A stretch of 64,000 bases of DNA from Candidatus Poriferihabitaceae bacterium. Lineage in GTDB: Bacteria > Pseudomonadota > Gammaproteobacteria > Arenicellales > Poriferihabitantaceae. Both the position numbers and the translations under genes were made by a program. How positions within the stretch are numbered: the first letter of the stretch is position 1; every line of letters starts with the position of its first letter. This document shows positions 20,037 through 28,440 of this stretch, piece by piece. The notes beneath the pieces are model-generated. The model searched no databases. It saw nothing but the letters and a program-made list of their open reading frames with translations, and was not told the DNA's origin. The stretch spans positions 2,509,900-2,573,899 of the forward strand of contig OZ245025.1 of the NCBI GenBank assembly GCA_965223465.1, read 5' to 3'.

Positions 20037-21110
20037 ATGAGTGGAACTTACGTGACCTGGGTTGACCAGGTAATCACCGCACAGCGAGAAAAATCTGCGT
20101 TTAACATTGTTGGTGGACAAAGCAAGGTGTTTTACGGCGGGGTACCACAAGGATCACCACTTGATATGACGAGCAATCACGGGATTGTCGATTATGACCC
20201 CGCAGAACTAGTGATCGTGGTACGGAGTGGGACCTCGCTGGAAGAAGTGAATAAAGTACTCGCGAGTAAAGGTCAAATGTTGGGGTTTGAGCCCCCTTTC
20301 GCTCAGCGAGGGGCCACCATTGGTGGGGCAGTGGCGTCAGGGCTGGCTGGCGCGGGTCGGCCTTATCGGGGTGGAGTGCGAGATTTCTTGCTTGGCGTAA
20401 AAATAATTAATGGAATGGGTGAAGTGCTCCAATTTGGTGGGCGTGTGATGAAAAATGTGGCGGGTTTTGACGTATTTCGGCCAATGGCCGGCGCCATGGG
20501 TACACTCGGGGTGCTTTTGGAGGTATCACTACGGGTGATGCCCATTCCAGAATCCGAAGTGACGCTAAGCTTTGCGATGAGCGAGCAAGATGAAGCGCTT
20601 AAGCAAATGTCAGAATTTGGACAAACCCTCGCCAGTATCAGTGCGGCGGCCTGGTATGCTGGAAAAATGTACTTAAGGCTATCTGGTAGTAGTGTCGCGT
20701 TAAAGCGTGATCAGCAGTTGTTGGACAAACAATTCAGTTTAAATGAGTCGGATTCAGAAATCTGGTCATCACTGAGCAGCTTTGAGCATGCTTTTTTTAA
20801 TGGCAATGAGCAGAATTTCCAACTGGCGGTGATTAATGTGCCTGCAGCTACCGCCGCTATTGATTTACCTGGCAGGCAGTTTATCGATTGGGCCGGCGCG
20901 AGGCGCTATTTAAATTCTTCGTTAGATGTTGCGGCTGTACGCGCGCGCATCCAACGTTTTGGCGGCAATGCAGTGGCCCTCAAAAGCGATAATGATTCAG
21001 AGTTTTTTCAGCCGCTCAACCCCAGTTTGTTGGCACTACATAAGCGGCTAAAAAGAGCATTCGACCCAGACCGGATTCTCAATCCGGGCCGTTTGTATTC
21101 GGATTTATAG
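20037..21110 (+). CDS. glcE: Glycolate oxidase subunit GlcE
   Basis: 357 aa FAD-binding-type protein between glcD and glcF, ending ...KRAFDPDRILNPGRLY. Confidence 0.85.
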   Translation: MSGTYVTWVDQVITAQREKSAFNIVGGQSKVFYGGVPQGSPLDMTSNHGIVDYDPAELVIVVRSGTSLEEVNKVLASKGQMLGFEPPFAQRGATIGGAVASGLAGAGRPYRGGVRDFLLGVKIINGMGEVLQFGGRVMKNVAGFDVFRPMAGAMGTLGVLLEVSLRVMPIPESEVTLSFAMSEQDEALKQMSEFGQTLASISAAAWYAGKMYLRLSGSSVALKRDQQLLDKQFSLNESDSEIWSSLSSFEHAFFNGNEQNFQLAVINVPAATAAIDLPGRQFIDWAGARRYLNSSLDVAAVRARIQRFGGNAVALKSDNDSEFFQPLNPSLLALHKRLKRAFDPDRILNPGRLYSDL

Positions 21111-21112
21111 GC

Positions 21113-22315
21113 ATGGACACGAATCTCGCCGAACAATTTGCCGCGAAAAGCTATGCCGGTGAAGCGATTGACATAATCAGCAACTGTGTCCACTGTGGTT
21201 TTTGTACCGCCACATGTCCTACCTACCAGCTCCTGGGTGATGAATCAGATAGCCCGCGCGGGCGTATCTATTTGATCAAATCACTGCTAGAGACCGGCCA
21301 GGCGAGCAGCCAAACCCGCACGCACCTAGATCGTTGTTTATTGTGCCGCGCGTGTGAAACGACCTGCCCATCAGGCGTTCAATATGGACATTTAATGGAA
21401 ATAGGACGCATTGCGCTAGAAGAAATTCAGCCCCGTGCAAAAGTTAACCATCTGAGACGCAAAATTGTGGCCAAAGGGCTGATGCAGCGCCCCATTTTTA
21501 ATGCACTGGTGAAAACCGGGGTGAGCGTACGAAAATGGTTGCCACAGGGCATCCGTAAACAGCTACCTGAGCTGGTAGTGGAGGATGTATGGCCACCTGT
21601 GCAACATCAGCGCAAAATGCTGATGCTAGAAGGATGTGTGCAGCCCGCGTTGGGCCCAGCAACCAATATCAAGGCGGCGCAGGTGCTGGATACGTTGGGT
21701 ATTTCGGTACTTCGGGAGACCAATATAGGCTGCTGTGGGGCGGTGGGCCTGCATACGAATGATCATGCCATGGGGATGCAACATATTCGTCAGCGTATAG
21801 ATTATTGGTGGTCATATGTGGAATCGGGAATTGAAGCAATTTTATTTACTGCTTCGGGTTGTGGTGTGACGATTAAGGATTATGGCTACTTGCTCAAAGA
21901 TGATCCCAACTATACCGAGAAAGCGGCACGTATCTCGGTGCTTGCCAAAGACTTATCAGAAGTGGTGGTCGCCGAGCAAAAGCTGCTCAATTCGGATACT
22001 GGCCAGCAGCGCAAGATTGCGTTCCATCCCCCCTGTACCCTACAACATGGGCTAAAGTTAACCGGTGTGGTTGAAAGCATCCTCAGTGGGGTGGGCTATG
22101 ACGTGTTACCCATACAGGATGCTCATTTGTGTTGCGGTTCTGCTGGCACCTATTCAATTTTTCAACCCGAATTATCTGGGAGGTTACGCGATAATAAGCT
22201 TGCTGCCTTGCAGCAGGATGAGCCTGAAGTGATCGCTACGGCCAATATTGGCTGCCAACAACACTTAAAAGGGCACGCAAAAGTAAAGGTGGTACACTGG
22301 ATAGAGCTTCTGTAA
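21113..22315 (+). CDS. glcF: Glycolate oxidase iron-sulfur subunit GlcF
   Basis: 400 aa. Two 4Fe-4S ferredoxin motifs (CVHCGFCTATCP, CLLCRACETTCP) plus two CCG cysteine-rich domains. Confidence 0.88.
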   Translation: MDTNLAEQFAAKSYAGEAIDIISNCVHCGFCTATCPTYQLLGDESDSPRGRIYLIKSLLETGQASSQTRTHLDRCLLCRACETTCPSGVQYGHLMEIGRIALEEIQPRAKVNHLRRKIVAKGLMQRPIFNALVKTGVSVRKWLPQGIRKQLPELVVEDVWPPVQHQRKMLMLEGCVQPALGPATNIKAAQVLDTLGISVLRETNIGCCGAVGLHTNDHAMGMQHIRQRIDYWWSYVESGIEAILFTASGCGVTIKDYGYLLKDDPNYTEKAARISVLAKDLSEVVVAEQKLLNSDTGQQRKIAFHPPCTLQHGLKLTGVVESILSGVGYDVLPIQDAHLCCGSAGTYSIFQPELSGRLRDNKLAALQQDEPEVIATANIGCQQHLKGHAKVKVVHWIELL

Positions 22316-22323
22316 GCGTCAAA

Positions 22324-22644
22324 ATGGCGGATCAGTTTTATACATACCACGTATTCGTGTGTGTCAATCAGCGAGAAGAACTCATGGCTTGCGCGGACTT
22401 TGCGAGTCAAGACATGCGTGATTATATGAAAGCGCAAATGAAGAAGCGTGATCTATATGGCGAGGGTAAGGTGAGAATCAGTCAGGCCGGCTGTTTGGGG
22501 CGTTGCTTAAGCGGGCCGGTGATGGTGGTCTATCCGCAGGGAGTGTGGTATTCCTATGTGGATAAAGACGATATTGATGAGATCATTGAGTCGCATCTGA
22601 TGAACAATAAAATCGTAACGCGGCTACTTATCGATCCGGCTTGA
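22324..22644 (+). CDS. Thioredoxin-like [2Fe-2S] ferredoxin domain protein
   Basis: 106 aa with four Cys in the family pattern (HVFVCVNQ, MACADF, AGCLGRC). It starts 8 nt after glcF. Confidence 0.8.
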   Translation: MADQFYTYHVFVCVNQREELMACADFASQDMRDYMKAQMKKRDLYGEGKVRISQAGCLGRCLSGPVMVVYPQGVWYSYVDKDDIDEIIESHLMNNKIVTRLLIDPA

Positions 22645-22688
22645 TAACAGTAAAACAATAGTATTTAATAAAAATCTAATATTAGTAC

Positions 22689-22717
22689 TTGACAGAATAG
22701 TTATTTTATAAGAAAAT
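22689..22717 (+). promoter_or_regulatory. Sigma70-type promoter (TTGACA, 17 bp, GAAAAT) with no ORF downstream
   Basis: Consensus -35 TTGACA at 22689-22694, a 17-bp AT-rich spacer, and -10 GAAAAT at 22712-22717 (keeps -11A and -7T). Confidence 0.45.
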
Positions 22718-22723
22718 GTGCGC

Positions 22724-22841
22724 TCTGTTCGTAGAACAGACCAGTTTATAAGGTATTGATGCGTTTAATCAATAACTTGAACTTCTCCTCCATCCTCCTT
22801 TGGTGGTTTAGGCGTGGCACACTCTGCCACGCCCTTTTTTT
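22724..22841 (+). ncRNA. Candidate small RNA 1 (about 118 nt, promoter to terminator, no ORF)
   Basis: Predicted TSS near 22724. 5' hairpin tctgttc/gaacaga (22724-22740), second hairpin attgat/atcaat (22755-22773), CU-rich single-stranded tract ttctcctccatcctcctt (22783-22800, anti-SD-like), then terminator 22811-22841. Confidence 0.35.
22811..22841 (+). terminator. Rho-independent terminator
   Basis: Stem ggcgtggca/tgccacgcc with a 5-nt loop, followed by an 8-nt T-run (22834-22841). Confidence 0.8.
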
Positions 22842-22854
22842 ACCTATTTTGTGT

Positions 22855-22876
22855 AAATGTGATATATCTCACATTT
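22855..22876 (+). promoter_or_regulatory. Near-consensus CRP/Vfr-type binding site (class II geometry)
   Basis: AAATGTGAtatatcTCACATTT has perfect TGTGA-N6-TCACA cores and AAA/TTT flanks, against the E. coli consensus AAATGTGATCTAGATCACATTT. The site centre is 41.5 bp upstream of a TSS predicted from -10 TATCAT at 22895-22900. Confidence 0.6.
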
Positions 22877-22906
22877 ATTCAGCCGATGCTTTAATATCAT
22901 ATAGCT

Positions 22907-23003
22907 GCACATTTACTTAATGTGTAGGCAATAAGGCTCTTGTCCTTGTTGTTTCCCCTCCAGTGTATTTATTTGGAACCCAATTTATTAGGGTTCCTTT
23001 TTT
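22907..23003 (+). ncRNA. Candidate CRP-dependent small RNA 2 (about 97 nt), or a terminated leader of the downstream membrane-protein gene
   Basis: 5' hairpin (g)cacatt/aatgtg(t) at 22907-22925, a U/C-rich linker containing gtttcccctcc, then terminator 22975-23003. No credible ORF. Confidence 0.35.
22975..23003 (+). terminator. Rho-independent terminator
   Basis: Stem ggaaccc/gggttcc with a 9-nt loop, followed by TTTTTT (22998-23003). Confidence 0.7.
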
Positions 23004-23099
23004 ATGCAGTGGTAGTTCCATTGCAATGTATTGAGTGCGCCCCGTGTTTGCCGTTCATTTCAGGTAAAATCGCGCTACTAAATTGTATTCAAATTACTT

Positions 23100-24995
23100 T
23101 TGACCGGTTTCACTTATTTACCCATTCACCTAACTGCTTTGATTCTGCCCGGATGGATCATTACGCATTTAGTTGGTTTTCGGGTAAGTCGGTTGGTCAT
23201 GATCGTCGCGTGTTCGTACGTTTATTACGTAGTATTGGCAATCGCTGCAAAATGGTTTGGCTTAAAGCTCACAATATTTCTTACGATTTATGTTTTGTTA
23301 TTGGCCGGGTTAGCCGCTATTGCATTGAAAGTGCGTCGGGTGAAGCCAAAACCGATAGATCAACACTGGCTGAGTGGCTTGCTCGTGGTCGTTATCGGCT
23401 ATTCCTTGTATCGTTTTTGGGTCGGGCCCTACACCGAAATACCCGCAGATTTATACCGCCATCTAGAATATGCACGCATTCAGTTTGAGGCCATTGCCAA
23501 TGGCCAGCTGGGCCCACAGCTTGGTATCAAAGCCATACTTAATCAACAAGGTGGTATATGGTACAGCTTTTATGCCCTGATCAATGCCTTGACTAGCCTG
23601 GAGTTTAGCCAATCATTTCCATGGGCAACTTATGCCAATGGTGTAATTTTCTTAAGCGTGGTGTTTAGCTTCGCCTGGTATATTTTTAAGGAATTTATTG
23701 CCGAACAGAATCAGCGGCTTTGGGCAGCGTTGCTTGCTACGTTTTTTGTCGCCAGCCATTTTGGTTTAAATGTATTGTCTTATTTACGTTACTATTCGTT
23801 TGCCCCGACCATGCTGAATATGACGATATACTTTGCAGCGGTGATCGCCATTTTAGAGTTACTTAAATGGAGAGCCCAGCAGCTTTCTTTTAGCGTATTT
23901 ATATTTTTCGCCCTAATCGCAAGTGCTGCAGTACATAATCAGGAGGCCTTATATATATTGATAATGGGTGGCATGCTGCTCGCCTGGTATGCGCTATTAC
24001 CAAAAAGCCTGGCAGTGAACATAAATCGTTACTTTCCGGTCAATAGATTATGGGCGTATCGACTCTTATTGATTGTTTTTGTGGGCGGATTTTTAGCCTT
24101 GGCAATGTGGACCTATGTCCATTATGACCGACCCAACAGTTTTTTTAACAAAGTTTTACGGCTCACCGAGCGTGGGCCGATACTTGATCGACTGTTATTT
24201 CTCAATCCAAGCTACCAGGGAATTCAGGTCATCACGATATGGGGCGTGGCGGTTTACGCAATATTCATTGTTTATTGGAAACAGTATATTCGACAGCCCT
24301 ATCTGTTTGCCGGTATGTTGGTGCCTTTGGTCACCATATTTAACCCTGTATTCGTGGATTGGTTTTTACGGGTCGATGGCGTGCACACGCTTTGGCGTAT
24401 GTTGTATATCGTACCAATACATTTTTGTGGTGCGGCGGCAGTGGCCATGCTTCTGTCTAGTGCTACCGTTAGCCATCGGTGGTGGCGAAAAGCGGCAGCA
24501 TACGTAAGTATCATTGGCTTATTCGTTTTGCTTTTACCGATTCCGAATGTCAATTCTAACAGTCGCCTGACACTCGCCCCGGTAGATAAGGACGAATCGT
24601 ATTTTTATTGGAGAGACCTGATTGATTTTTTAAATCAAGACGAACTGGTGGCTACCTCTATTTTGACCGACCCGGTGACTGGTTATGTTTTAAGTGGACT
24701 GAGTAAGCATCGGACGTATCAATACAAGTTCTTTAGTAAGAATTCGCGCCAATTTAATTTTCCGCATTACGATGATGCTCCACTGAAAAAGTATGCGGGT
24801 TGGTTATTGGTGGTGAATGATCGCAATGGTGGTGATAGTGAAACAGGCGAGATTTCAAGACACTGGCCCAAACATATTTTAAAAACCGCAGATTTTTATT
24901 CTGATGCGCTACGCGCGCATATTATTAAAAATCCTGAACAACGTTTTGAATTGTTATGGGAGCGTGACAATATCTATGTATACAAAATTCATTAG
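23100..24995 (+). CDS. Large polytopic membrane protein of unknown function with a C-terminal soluble domain
   Basis: 631-aa ORF (TTG 23100; alternative ATG 23199). About a dozen hydrophobic helices are followed by an about 150-aa hydrophilic C-terminus. The gene is AT-rich. The layout is reminiscent of GT-C-type or polymerase-like membrane enzymes, but no motif was recognised. Confidence 0.7.
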   Translation: MTGFTYLPIHLTALILPGWIITHLVGFRVSRLVMIVACSYVYYVVLAIAAKWFGLKLTIFLTIYVLLLAGLAAIALKVRRVKPKPIDQHWLSGLLVVVIGYSLYRFWVGPYTEIPADLYRHLEYARIQFEAIANGQLGPQLGIKAILNQQGGIWYSFYALINALTSLEFSQSFPWATYANGVIFLSVVFSFAWYIFKEFIAEQNQRLWAALLATFFVASHFGLNVLSYLRYYSFAPTMLNMTIYFAAVIAILELLKWRAQQLSFSVFIFFALIASAAVHNQEALYILIMGGMLLAWYALLPKSLAVNINRYFPVNRLWAYRLLLIVFVGGFLALAMWTYVHYDRPNSFFNKVLRLTERGPILDRLLFLNPSYQGIQVITIWGVAVYAIFIVYWKQYIRQPYLFAGMLVPLVTIFNPVFVDWFLRVDGVHTLWRMLYIVPIHFCGAAAVAMLLSSATVSHRWWRKAAAYVSIIGLFVLLLPIPNVNSNSRLTLAPVDKDESYFYWRDLIDFLNQDELVATSILTDPVTGYVLSGLSKHRTYQYKFFSKNSRQFNFPHYDDAPLKKYAGWLLVVNDRNGGDSETGEISRHWPKHILKTADFYSDALRAHIIKNPEQRFELLWERDNIYVYKIH

Positions 24996-25057
24996 GCACT
25001 GCAATGGAGCTGATTTTTCAGTAAAATCGCCGGCCCAATAATCCCAATCTAATCAAC

Positions 25058-25588
25058 ATGCCCTTAAGAAACATTTCCGCTGGTCGTATTCCAGACGAAA
25101 TTAATGTCATTATTGAAATTCCGCTAAATAGTGATCCGGTTAAATATGAAGTCGATAAGCAAACACATGCGATGTATGTTGATCGCTTTCTTTCTACCGC
25201 CATGCACTACCCATGTAACTACGGTTATGTGCCCAATACGCTATGTGGTGACGGTGATCCTATCGATGTTTGCGTGGTTGCACCGCTTCCGGTAATCAGT
25301 GGCTCTATCATTCGTTGCCGACCAGTTGGGGTATTGAATATGGAAGACGATGGTGGAGAGGATCATAAAATTGTAGCAGTTCCTAACGATAAACTGACAC
25401 CTTTGTATCAGGACATCAGTACGCTTAGAGAGCTACCACGAGAATTGCTTAGCCGTATCGCGCATTTTTTTGAACACTATAAAGATTTGGAGCCTGGAAA
25501 ATGGGCAAAAGTTCAAGGCTGGGGGGATGTGGATTCCGCCAAGCGTGAAATTATGGCGTCAGTCGAGCTGTTTAAAGAAAAGAACTAA
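25058..25588 (+). CDS. ppa: Inorganic diphosphatase (family I)
   Basis: 176 aa. IPDEINVIIEIP...YEVDK...DGDPIDV...DDGGEDHKIVAVP match the E. coli Ppa signature regions. Confidence 0.95.
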   Translation: MPLRNISAGRIPDEINVIIEIPLNSDPVKYEVDKQTHAMYVDRFLSTAMHYPCNYGYVPNTLCGDGDPIDVCVVAPLPVISGSIIRCRPVGVLNMEDDGGEDHKIVAVPNDKLTPLYQDISTLRELPRELLSRIAHFFEHYKDLEPGKWAKVQGWGDVDSAKREIMASVELFKEKN

Positions 25589-25603
25589 ACTTCCCGTACG
25601 ATT

Positions 25604-26503
25604 TTACCCGTTTGGCTTACGTGCCCGCGGGTGGGCCTTGTCATATACTTCGGCGAGATGCTGAAAATCTAGATGGGTATAGATTTGGGTAGTTGAGATA
25701 TTAGCGTGCCCTAGCAATTCTTGTACGGCACGTAGGTCTCCACTTGATTCGAGCATATGGCTAGCGAAGGAATGGCGCAACATATGCGGATGCAGCTTTC
25801 GGTCCAGGCCACTTGCACGTGCCCAATGATCCAGCCGAACTTGAATGGTACGCGGCGAAATGCGCTTACCTCGCTGGCTAACAAATAGGGCTGTCTCATC
25901 CATCGATGTCATACCAGAGCGCACCGCTAGCCAGGCTTCAATCGCCTGACGTGCTTTACGCCCGATCGGTACCAGCCGCTGCTTGCTGCCTTTGCCTGTT
26001 ACTTTGAGCATTTCAACGCCGCGGGCCACATCACATACATCTACCGCGACGACTTCTGCCAGGCGCATGCCACCAGAATAAATGAGTTCGATAATCGCTT
26101 TATCGCGAATACCCAGCCTGTTTTCAGGCATGCTGGCTAATAGTTGCTCAATTTCATCCACATTCAGCGTATTGGGCAATTTTTTAGGTGATTTCGGCGC
26201 ACGCACCTCCAGAAAGGGGTTGTGTGTGGCCTGATTGGTTTCGATTAAATATTGATAGAAACTGCGTGCTGTTGATAAGGCGCGTTGAATGCTTTTGCCT
26301 CCCAGCCCGGCTGCGTGGAGTCGTGCTGGAAACTGACGTGCGACCAAGGGGCTGATTGCCGACCAGTCATAGCCTTTTTGGAGCTGGGTATAAGCGAGGA
26401 GCTTGGTTAAATCTCTTTGATAGCTCTGGACGGTGTGCGGAGACATTCGTCGTTCATGCACCAGGGTGGAAAGATACGCTTCGATTGCGGTTTCTAGACT
26501 CAT
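25604..26503 (-). CDS. xerC: Tyrosine recombinase XerC
   Basis: 299 aa. Catalytic RHSFATH-like (LRHSFASHML) and HxxxxTTQIYTH motifs. It sits in the conserved dapF-DUF484(yigA)-xerC order. Confidence 0.9.
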   Translation of the reverse strand: MSLETAIEAYLSTLVHERRMSPHTVQSYQRDLTKLLAYTQLQKGYDWSAISPLVARQFPARLHAAGLGGKSIQRALSTARSFYQYLIETNQATHNPFLEVRAPKSPKKLPNTLNVDEIEQLLASMPENRLGIRDKAIIELIYSGGMRLAEVVAVDVCDVARGVEMLKVTGKGSKQRLVPIGRKARQAIEAWLAVRSGMTSMDETALFVSQRGKRISPRTIQVRLDHWARASGLDRKLHPHMLRHSFASHMLESSGDLRAVQELLGHANISTTQIYTHLDFQHLAEVYDKAHPRARKPNG

Positions 26504-26518
26504 TGCTGAGCGTGAAAG

Positions 26519-27163
26519 CTAACCTAAGTTAGCGACCAAGCGAGCCAGTAATTTTAGAAACTCACCCCCCATACCGGGCTGGAATCGATCGATATCATCA
26601 GCGGCTAATACCAGCACCGCAGACCATTTTTTGCCTTTTTTTATCGGGACCAGTGCAAAGGATGAAACAGACTGGGCATCTTCACCAAAAATGCCATCCA
26701 GAACTTCAGGGTTAGCCGCATTGAAGCAAGCACTTTCTTGCTTACTTAGCATTTTCTTCGCCAGCTTGAACTGGTTAGACTGCTTTTTTCTATCCAGAAT
26801 TAAAACCTTGGTCAATGAAAAGTACTCAGTGATCGCGTCTAAATGGGTTTCAAGTTTTGCTTCCTGTCTGGCCAGGATAATCATCTTGCCAGCGAGGTCG
26901 AGCAGGTCCGAGTGAATCCGATGATTGGTTTTGACGTTCTTAACCAATAAGCCCAATTTTTGTTTTAGTTGAGCCTTATCCGCTTGTAATACTCTCACCT
27001 GGTATTGATGCAGTGAAATGGCTGCCCCAGTATCGACTGGTATTTCCATCGCCGAAAGGCAATTGGGGAAATCGACAAAAAAATCCGGATTATTCTTTAG
27101 CCAATTTTCTACTTGCGAAGCATCCAGCTGATTATTATCAAGGGTGTTAGTTTTTCCTGCCAT
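26519..27163 (-). CDS. DUF484 (YigA-like) protein
   Basis: 214 aa between dapF and xerC, as in E. coli yigA. N-terminal VENWLKNNPDFF is typical of DUF484. Confidence 0.8.
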   Translation of the reverse strand: MAGKTNTLDNNQLDASQVENWLKNNPDFFVDFPNCLSAMEIPVDTGAAISLHQYQVRVLQADKAQLKQKLGLLVKNVKTNHRIHSDLLDLAGKMIILARQEAKLETHLDAITEYFSLTKVLILDRKKQSNQFKLAKKMLSKQESACFNAANPEVLDGIFGEDAQSVSSFALVPIKKGKKWSAVLVLAADDIDRFQPGMGGEFLKLLARLVANLG

Positions 27164-27177
27164 GCTTTAATCGTAAA

Positions 27178-28020
27178 TTAGTTATCCAAGAATTCAATGT
27201 CGAGCTTACCATGATAAACCGTCGTTGCTGAGCCGGTTAAAAAAACAGGCGCATCACCACCCGCATATTCAATCAGCAGACGACCGCCTAAAACATTTAC
27301 CCACACCCGCTCATCCAGTATCCCCAGTTTGTTGCCGGCGATCACCGCAGCACAAGCGCCGCTGCCACAAGCTTTGGTCTCACCGACTCCGCGCTCAAAT
27401 ACCCGGAGCTCGATCTCGTTTGCGGATTGTCGGTGGAAGAAGCCAACGTTGACCTGTTCAGGAAAAAGTTGATGAGATTGTAAATGGTGGCCCAGTTCAT
27501 CAACCGGTGCGGTTGAGACAGACTCGACCTCAAATACGGCATGCGGATTCCCTATTTCTAGCGCCGAAAAAGGCCAGCTTTTATCCCCATAAGTGAGAGA
27601 ATACTGATCCTGTTGAGAATCCACCGCCAGCGGGATATTTGCTGGTATGAAGCTGGGAGTACCCATATTGATTTTTACTTGGCCATCATCCAGTACGCTG
27701 AGTTTCATGCGCCCAGTATTTGTTTCAACCCAGAACTCGTCGAGATCTGTCAGTTGTCGATCTTTAACAAATTTGGCAAAACACCTGGCCCCATTACCGC
27801 ATTGGTTGACCTCCGAGCCATCGGCATTGAATATGCGGTATTTAAAGGCGGAATCCGAACGCGTAGGCGGCTCGACCAAAAGCAATTGATCAAAACCGAT
27901 ACCCATTTCTCGGTCAGCCAAGCGTATTAACTCGTCATTCGACAAACGAAAACGCTGACTGATACCATCGACAACCATAAAATCGTTGCCCAGGCCGTGC
28001 ATTTTGCTAAATTGGAGCAT
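27178..28020 (-). CDS. dapF: Diaminopimelate epimerase
   Basis: 280 aa. MLQFSKMHGLGNDFMVVD, NADGSEVNQCGNGARC and ETKACGSGACA carry the two catalytic Cys motifs. Confidence 0.95.
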   Translation of the reverse strand: MLQFSKMHGLGNDFMVVDGISQRFRLSNDELIRLADREMGIGFDQLLLVEPPTRSDSAFKYRIFNADGSEVNQCGNGARCFAKFVKDRQLTDLDEFWVETNTGRMKLSVLDDGQVKINMGTPSFIPANIPLAVDSQQDQYSLTYGDKSWPFSALEIGNPHAVFEVESVSTAPVDELGHHLQSHQLFPEQVNVGFFHRQSANEIELRVFERGVGETKACGSGACAAVIAGNKLGILDERVWVNVLGGRLLIEYAGGDAPVFLTGSATTVYHGKLDIEFLDN

Positions 28021-28097
28021 GGTGCTTGTAATTGAACCTAATTTCCCGATATTGTATTACAAGCAGCTGTATTTTAAGACTGGCTGCACCAAATTAA

Positions 28098-28370
28098 TTG
28101 GATTTGAATTTGAATTTGCATCGAGAACTCAGAAGACTCAGCCTGAAAGTGAAAAATATGCATTTTTCTTTGCGTTGGGTGATAGGGTTATCACTTATCG
28201 TAGGGGGTATTTTGTGGATTTTACCAGTGCTCGGATTATGGATGATTCCCTTGGGTTTATTGGTTTTAGCGCCCGATTTCAAATGGGCACGGCGTGGTTA
28301 TTTATCGATCATGGTTCGCCTGAGAAAGCTACGCGGCAAGGCAACCAAGCCAAAAAAGGATGGAAGTTAG
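28098..28370 (+). CDS. Small two-TM membrane protein, PGPGW-like
   Basis: 90-aa ORF with probable start at M21 (28158). ILPVLGLWMIPLGLLVLAPDFKWARR resembles the PGPGW-family pattern (PGPGW...LA.EF.WARR). Confidence 0.5.
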   Translation: MDLNLNLHRELRRLSLKVKNMHFSLRWVIGLSLIVGGILWILPVLGLWMIPLGLLVLAPDFKWARRGYLSIMVRLRKLRGKATKPKKDGS

Positions 28371-28440
28371 GTCGTTCTACTTCCCCCAAATTAAATCAAG
28401 ACCATCGGTAGAAAAGAAAGAAAGTAGACTGAATAGCCAA

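Noticed and set aside
22940-23488. 182-aa ORF upstream of and overlapping the membrane-protein gene
   Set aside because: It starts at a non-ATG codon inside the candidate sRNA/terminator region and overlaps the much longer 23100-24995 frame. The translation is low-complexity and Cys/Phe-rich.
25604-26503. Tyrosine recombinase that could mark a prophage or integrative element
   Set aside because: It sits in the conserved housekeeping order dapF-DUF484(yigA)-xerC and has XerC-like length and motifs. No phage or mobile genes or att-like repeats are nearby.
27986-28411. 141-aa ORF between dapF and cysQ
   Set aside because: It overlaps the dapF start and competes with the 28098-28370 frame. That frame encodes a coherent two-TM PGPGW-like protein, whereas the 141-aa translation has no coherent features.
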